From Chrysomallon squamiferum (Eukaryota > Animalia > Mollusca): 64,000 nucleotides of DNA. Of this stretch, positions 56,297 through 64,000 are shown piece by piece (position 1 is the first letter of the stretch; every line of letters begins with the position of its first letter). Below the pieces are notes generated by a model. That model saw only the letters and a list, made by a program, of their open reading frames with translations, was not told where the DNA came from and ran no database searches. The stretch spans positions 42,222,001 through 42,286,000 of the forward strand of contig CM022665.1 in the NCBI GenBank assembly GCA_012295275.1, written 5' to 3'. The translations under genes and the position numbers were made by a program.

Positions 56297-57613
56297 TACA
56301 ATACTTGTCTCTAGGATGGATCTGACAATCTCGATCATCAGAAGTATAATGAATCAAACAGTGCCCTTGAAGTGAAGTGAAAAACATTAACGTGCTAATC
56401 AGAGCAAGCTGTTGTGAAGCACGTCTACAGTGCCCTAATGTTTTTCCATCTATATACAAATGTACATATATCAAAACAAACAGAAATAGTTTAAATCGTG
56501 TGCATTTCGGCAGGTACTTTAAAATAACAATACACAAACAAATTTAGACATTGTGAACAAAGGCTGATGCGATAAGACAGACAGTCACACGGTGTGTCCC
56601 CAAAACTGGCAGTCTCCAGATTAGGTAAGCGGTGAAGTGTTGTAATCCGCTTCCAGAAAAGGGAAAACTGGCGTGAGCAATTAAGGCCAATTTAGACGCA
56701 TGGGGATAACGAGATGTGTGAAGAACAGAAGGGGCGATTAACGAGATTAACCTTAATGAGCAGTGAAGAGCAGAGGTGAGCTGGAATAGAGATTGCAAGA
56801 AAAATTAATGTTTGGAGACATGAAATTAATGTTATATCTCAGTAAAATTTGGTGACAGGAAATACTACCAGAAGACAAGCACAAGCTCTTCCAGCTGGGA
56901 CTGCAGTACGTCACGTGTACCCGGGACACGGCTTCCTACGTGTCAGCTTGCGGTGGAGTGCTTTCTGGGACATTTCGTGTGTAAAGTGAGACTGAATGTG
57001 CTTTCAAATTATAGACAAAATACTGCTTAACAAAAATACATCAATTAAGGCGATGGGCCATAAATTAAGGTGAGGGAACCCCAGTTAGTAAGGGTGAGCA
57101 ATAAACTGGAAGACATGGAACAACTGGCGTGTCCAGGTAAGATGTGTTATAATCTCACTGCCAGGCTCGGGAATAAACCAGACACACCCAGCATAGCCCT
57201 GGGTCCCGCACCTTGTTTGCTCTCGTTTCAGTGTCGTAAAGTGAAGCTCATAATACAACATGTCAAGCGTTAGTTCGAGAAGGACTTAAATTCTGCTCTG
57301 GCACTCCTCTTTATAGTGTCAGGTCATAAACTGTTAGTGTTTCGACAAAGAGGGAGTGTGTGTACTCGAGAGTATAATCCGTACAGGAAAAATGAAAAAA
57401 AAATGAAGTATTTTATGTATTCTTTTGGCACTTTTAATTCGATTTTAAAATCAAATGTTAATCATTTGCATACATATATGCACACAACATACACACACAC
57501 ATTCTTACAAACATACATACATACATTCTTATACATACATTCTTACACACACACACACACACGGGCATATGGGTGCCATACGTTTGAGTCTCGTCAGCGG
57601 CCTCATTATTCTC

Positions 57614-57750
57614 GTTACAGCCTCAGTATTCAAATGACCAAAATTCATCAACCTATTGTCAAATTTGCTGAAATGGATGTTTCTAGAAAAGAACATTTAC
57701 TACTATTTATTTTATTATTATTATTATTAATATTATTGTTTTTACTGTTT

Positions 57751-57782
<32 letters not shown>

Positions 57783-58429
57783 TATTATTATTATAATTAT
57801 TTACACAGTAATCTCAACAGTGTTTTACCTGTTTATTTATTTATTTATTATTATTATTATAATTATTTACACAATAATCTCAACAGTGTTTTACCTGTTT
57901 ATTTATTTATTTATTATTATTATAATTATTTACACAGTAATCTCAACAGTGTTTTACCTGTTTATTTATTTATTATTATTATTATAATTATTTACACAGT
58001 AATCTCAACAGTGTTTTACCTGTTTATTTATTTATTATTATTATTATAATTATTTACACAGTAATCTCAACAGTGTTTTACCTGTTTATTTATTTATTAT
58101 AATTATTTACACAATAATCTCAACAGTGTTTTACCTGTTTATTTATTTATTATAATTATTTACACAATAATCTCAACAGTGTTTTACCTGTTTATTTATT
58201 TATTATAATTATTTACACAATAATCTCAACAGTGTTTTACCTGTTTATTTATTTATTATAATTATTTACACAATAATCTCAACAGTGTTTTACCTGTGAT
58301 ATATGCAAATGAGATGGTGGCAGCGCGGATCGAACTTGATGTCATGGATGCGCAGACAAACAGACAGGACAGAGTCAGATACACAACACTCGAGAGGAAA
58401 CCGAGAATTCCAAACGCTTGTGCAGCCTT
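57614..58429 (-). pseudogene. Rearranged fragment (copy C) of the claudin-like gene
   Basis: Intron-1 piece 57614-57725, donor-repeat array ~57790-58293, and 5'-truncated exon 2 at 58294-58429 (KAAQAFGILGFLSSVVYLTLSCLFVCASMTSSSIRAATISFAYIT). The native acceptor and exons 1 and 3 are absent. Confidence 0.85.
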
Positions 58430-58661
58430 TATTTCATAACCCCCCCCAAAAAAAAATGTTTACACATACAATAAATAAAGAGTAATAACCAATGTTATAT
58501 ATACACATAACACTTATAAACAGAACGAAAGCAGATAACTTGAACAATAACTTATGGTTTACTGATAATGTTGAAAAGCCATAAGATAAATCAAGGTAAG
58601 AGTTAATCTCCTGTGAACAAATGACAAGAATGACAAGACGATTCTGGGTTTGGATCCCTGA

Positions 58662-59715
58662 CACAATCACGCACTTGGTGATACACGAATCTGTCACACA
58701 CACGTCCCGCACAATCACGCACTTGATCATACACGAATCATTCACGTACACGTCCCGCTCAATCACGCACTTGATGATACACGAATCTGTCACGTACACG
58801 TCCCGCTCAATCACGCACTTGATGATACACGAATCTGTCACACACGTCCCGCACAATCACGCACTTGATGATACACGAATCTGTCACACACACGTCCCGC
58901 ACAATCACGCACTTGATCATACACGAATCAGTCACACACACGTCCCGCACAATCACGCACTTGATGATACACGAATCTGTCACGTACACGTCCCGCACAA
59001 TCACGCTCTTGATGATACACCTAATCAGTCACGTACACGTCCCGCACGATCACTCACTTGATGATACACGAATCAGTCACGTACACGTCCCGCACAATCA
59101 CTCACTTGATGATACACGAATCAGTCACGTACACGTCGCGCACAATCACGCACTTGATGATACACGAATCTGTCACACACACGTCCCGCACAATCACGCA
59201 CTTGATGATACACGAATCTGTCACACACGTCCCGCACAATCAGGCACTTGATCATACACGAATCTGTCACACACACGTCCCGCACAATCAGGCACTTGAT
59301 CATACACGAATCTGTCACGTACACGTCCCGCACAATCACGCACTTGATGATACACGAATCTGTCACACACACGTCCCGCACAATCAGGCACTTGATCATA
59401 CACGAATCTGTCACACACACGTCCCGCACAATCAGGCACTTGATCATACACGAATCTGTCACACACACGTCCCGCACAATCACGCACTTGATGATACACG
59501 AATCTGTCACGTACACGTCCCGCACAATCACGCACTTGATGATACACGAATCTGTCACGTACACGTCCGCACAATCACGCACTTGATGATACACCTAATC
59601 AGTCACGTAAACGTCCCGCACAATCACGCACTTGATGATACACGAATCTCTCACACACACGTCCCGCACAATCACGCATTTGATGATACACCTAATCAGT
59701 CACGTACACGTCCCG
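58662..59715. repeat. 48-bp minisatellite, ~22 copies
   Basis: Unit CACAATCACGCACTTGATGATACACGAATCTGTCAC(ACAC/GTAC)ACGTCCCG, with occasional 1-2-bp deletions. Confidence 0.95.
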
Positions 59716-59984
59716 TCTTTTGACCAGTAACTGTCGTTTCATACTTTCATCTTTTTTTATGTTAGACTATCTCGGTGGTCGAATAGTAAAATTGTCTGGG
59801 TGGGGCGGATGTACTCGACTGTAAAAAAACCCACGCAGTTTTGAGAGGTCGTTGTTGAGAGGTTGGGACTTTGACCCGTTCTGTCAGCGCGTTCCCAGTC
59901 TACGTGCAGAATCTAATCAGAACACAGAGAATATTAATTCTTAAATACATAGATGTATGTACGGACATTTAATTATTTTAAAAT

Positions 59985-60120
59985 GAATAATGTATTACAG
60001 TATTTAAAAATGTAAAATATAAAACGTTTTATAGCATGTTAAAATGTAAAATGTATCACTACGGTCTTTTTAAAATGTAAAACTTTCCATTATTATTAGC
60101 ATTAAGATCATATCTCGATT
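59985..60120. repeat. Dispersed AT-rich repeat; second, longer copy at ~62700-63115
   Basis: TAAAATGTAAAATATAAAA.GTTTT.TAGCATGTTAAAATGT...CATTAAGATCAT.TCTCGA occurs at both sites and is absent from the matching position in unit A. Confidence 0.7.
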
Positions 60121-60166
60121 AAGGTTCGGAGAATTGTCTTTTAATTAAATAGTATATCTATTCTTA

Positions 60167-60210
<44 letters not shown>

Positions 60211-60544
60211 ATATATGCATGTGTTTATGTGTTTGTCTCTGTATGTCTATGTATGTGTGTATGTATGTATATGTGTGTGTATGTGTATGTATGCGTCTGT
60301 GTGTTTGTATGTATGTTTATGTGTGTCTGTGTTTGTATGTCTATAAACATTTGTGGTATGTTTTCAAGGTGAAAGGTTTTACAGTGACTAAGCAATCTTT
60401 GTCCAAGACGAAGTAACTATGTGTTACAACTTGGTCAGTAAATACGAGATATGGGTTGCGATGTCTAACTGTCTTAGTGTTTATCTGTTAAAAGTGTATG
60501 GACAAAACAGATCTCTGTTCATTCGTTCCTATCCATGAACACAG

Positions 60545-60609
<65 letters not shown>

Positions 60610-60896
60610 GATTTTTACTACATGATCAGATAATTTATTTTTCATTACTGTGTTGATAACGAAGAAATGTACATTATATTTATGTGTATACATTCAGCAG
60701 CTGATATTTGCGCGTGCATAAAGATAATTATAGGCAAATCGTTCTGGAAAATTGTACTGAGGATGATTAACTAATATAAGTCAAGGATTCAGGACGCTAT
60801 TTGAATTATCTCCCTTAGACTAGAAACATAAATTTCGATATCTGTATATTAAACCGATAGAAAATTAATGTCAAGTAGTACTCATTCATTTATGGC

Positions 60897-61083
<187 letters not shown>

Positions 61084-61862
61084 CATAATTTGCAGAATGT
61101 TTACTGTTTATGCAATTTCCATTATTTGTTTGTTTGTTTTGTTTTAAATCAATTTTATTAGTTGCGTCCTTTTCTCTTCTTTTTTTTTTTTTTTTTCTCT
61201 TCTTTTTCTCTTTTTTAAAAAAAATAAATAAAATCTTCATTTTCTGTTTATTATATCTATCTACAAATGAAAACAAGCAGATATTGCTGATTACATTTTA
61301 CTGGTAGTAAAATAAAGTGATTCTCAAACGGTGTCAAGTATTTTTCATCATTTTCAATCTTTTATTTCGTAATATGGCTTTGTGTACGTTTGGTGCTGGT
61401 GTATTTTCAAAATGACGTCTTTTCGATCAGCAGGAAAGCATTTTCGCATTGCAAAACCCCAGAACGTGAAAAAACCCCAGTGGAATTGATTCCTAGTTTC
61501 ACTGACCATTCTAACTATCTGTTTTGTCGTCAATATATATAACTTTATTTTCACTAAAAAAATAAAAATAAAACTCTTCGTGATGAGATCGGAAGAACGT
61601 TAGCTATTCTTTATATTAAAAATATGAGAAAATGGAATAATTCGATATTCTTCTTACGATTTAAATTTTAAAAAATATATGTATAATAACAATAATAAAA
61701 AAAAAAATTAAAAAAAAAAGAAAGACAGAAAAAGAAAAAGAAAACGTTCAAAATCAATGTCAGTATTAATGATGTCCTTCTTTATTTTTATTTTATTTTA
61801 TTTTTTCCAGTTTTATTTTTGCAGACTGAAATTTTGCATACAAAGTTTTTGTCTCTCTCTTT

Positions 61863-61932
<70 letters not shown>

Positions 61933-63190
61933 CTCACTCCCCCTCGCTCAGTCCACCTCTGTCTCGCTCTCTATTCTTTCATTTTTTCTGTCTCTCACCT
62001 TCTCGTTCATTCTTTCTCTGACTCCCCCCTCTCTACCTATCTCCCATACACTACCCTCCTCTCAGTGTCTGTGTCGCTTTTACTGCATTTAAACAATCAT
62101 CTTAAATTAACAATCTTCGAAGGTAAAGAAAAATTTTAATCATTTTGTACGGATAACAAAACTCGTACCTGTTCAATCTCTCTCATCTACTGGAATTTTT
62201 TCTTATATTTTTATTTAATTTTAATTTTTAAAACAAAAATTAATGTTTTTTTGTTGTTGTTTTTTTAATTATTATTTCAGAGTGACGGTAGTTTTATTAC
62301 AATTTTACATATCTTACTTCATATCCTGGCCGATTTCCTTGATCAGATTAAGCAGAATGTGTTAGGCTAAAAACTTCCCATTGCTGTAAGATACACAGAA
62401 ACACAACTGTAATTACATTACCAATCCACTGACGAAACGAAGTTTTTTTGGGTTTTTTATATTTCTTCTCACTTTTAACTTGTCCGTTATTTCCATATTT
62501 TTCTTCTTCTTTCTTTCTTTCTTTCTTTCTTTAGGTCAGTCTTTCTTATTTCATTTTCATATTTTTTTTTTTTTTTAAATGTTTTATGTCTTATTTATTT
62601 CGCTTTTCGTTCTTTCTTTCCTTTATATTTCTTCATTTTTAATTTCATTCAATTTTCTTCTTTCTGTTTCCAGTTTTTGTTTCTATGATTTTCTAATTTT
62701 AGTTTTACAGTAGTTAAATTGTAATAGTAGTTTAAATTGTAATAGTAATTTCATTAGTAATAGTAGTTAAATTGTAAAGCGTTTTAACATATTTTGAAGT
62801 GTTAGATGTATTTTAATTTTATAATGTATTGCATTAATTTTATTAAAATAAAAATGTGTTAAATTCACGTATTTTAAATTGTAAAGCAGTTTGAAAAGTG
62901 AAATATATTAAACTATTTTAATTTGTAAAATGTATTACAATATTTTAAGTTGTAAAAATGTATTTCATTATTTTAAAATGTAAAATATAAAATGTTTTGT
63001 AGCATGTTAAAATGTGAAACGTATTACGACAGTCTTTTTAAAATGTAAAACGTATTATACTATTTTAAAATATAAAACTTTCTATTATTAATATCATTAA
63101 GATCATTTCTCGAATGCAATTAATAAAACACTTATTAACAATTTTAATTTTATCAGTATACAAAAACTCTGAAAACCTAACGGTTTACAA

Positions 63191-63240
<50 letters not shown>

Positions 63241-63676
63241 ATAATACATAACACATAATACATAAATAAATAAATAAGTAAATAATGAAAATAATGAAAA
63301 ATGATAGAAGAAGGAATAAAAGAAAAGGAGAAAGTGACAGAAAACAAGAAGGGCACACAAACAAACAAACACGTCTGGTGAAGTGACAGGTTATGACGTA
63401 TTAATGTGTTTGACAAATAACAGAAGTCATTGTCTTAGGAACAAACGATGCCATCATTTGTATTTCCTTAATGTTTTTTTTTTTTTTTTTTTTTTTTTTT
63501 GGCGCCATCAAATAACCTCAGCAATCTCATTTAACCTGGAAATTACTTTATCTAAAGCCTAGAAGAATTCAGTCTTAATTTTCTCTATGGAAATAACGCG
63601 CATGCATCTTCCTCTTATTGGAATGTTTCTGTTCTTTGCTTATTACATTGGAAACAATTGTACACTGTCTGACGTA

Positions 63677-63716
<40 letters not shown>

Positions 63717-64000
63717 TTGTAATTCTTTCAAATAAATAATGCTTTTGAGGATAGGGTATGCCCATACTTCCGTTAGTAACAAAGTAGTAAAATTCTATGT
63801 ATGACGTAATCAGTTTTGTTTTCGTTTTATTTAACGTTTCATTTGACCTTGAAGTGGAAATCGTCCCCTTTTCGAAGTTCCGGTTTGAGCGTTAGATTTT
63901 GTTTCTGAGGTGTGATGGGTGTGAAGGGTGACAAAATTAACCCTCAGTCCGTGCAATTTCCCGTTCCAGTAAGTGCTCCGTCATTTTTGTACGAAGGATA

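Noticed and set aside
58434-59723. Repeat-protein ORFs or a CRISPR-like array
   Set aside because: Pure tandem 48-bp units with no unique spacers, no cas genes, a eukaryotic context and frame-breaking indels.
59765-59800. tRNA/SINE A-box-like head CTCGGTGGTCGAATAGTAAA
   Set aside because: No B box or cloverleaf follows; at most a SINE remnant.
63800-64000. Promoter or first-exon-like CpG-richer edge (TGACGTAA, TTCCGG, AGTAAGT)
   Set aside because: Truncated by the window end; no gene can be assigned.

Overview
AT-rich, microsatellite-dense animal genomic DNA. It looks like a lophotrochozoan invertebrate, probably a mollusc, but that is inferred from composition and protein style only. Most ORF-track entries are microsatellite artefacts. 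I rebuilt the real genes by hand from splice sites. From left to right they are: TADA2B (-, 10 exons seen, runs off the left edge, with a GC-AG first intron); DTD2/ATD (-, 3 exons), head-to-head with COA4 (+, 2 exons); a GPR180/TMEM145-family 7TM gene (-, 5 exons); and a 7-finger zinc-finger gene (-, 2 exons). A ~6.4-kb tandem duplication follows, carrying claudin/PMP22-like tetraspan genes: one intact copy, one frameshifted copy and one rearranged fragment. The most interesting signals are (1) replacement-dominated divergence confined to extracellular loop 1 of the claudin-like paralogs, (2) a minisatellite made from their exon-2 splice donor, and (3) an 81-bp copy of zinc-finger coding sequence bracketed by 13-bp inverted repeats. 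No rRNA, tRNA, CRISPR array or intact transposon ORF was recognised.
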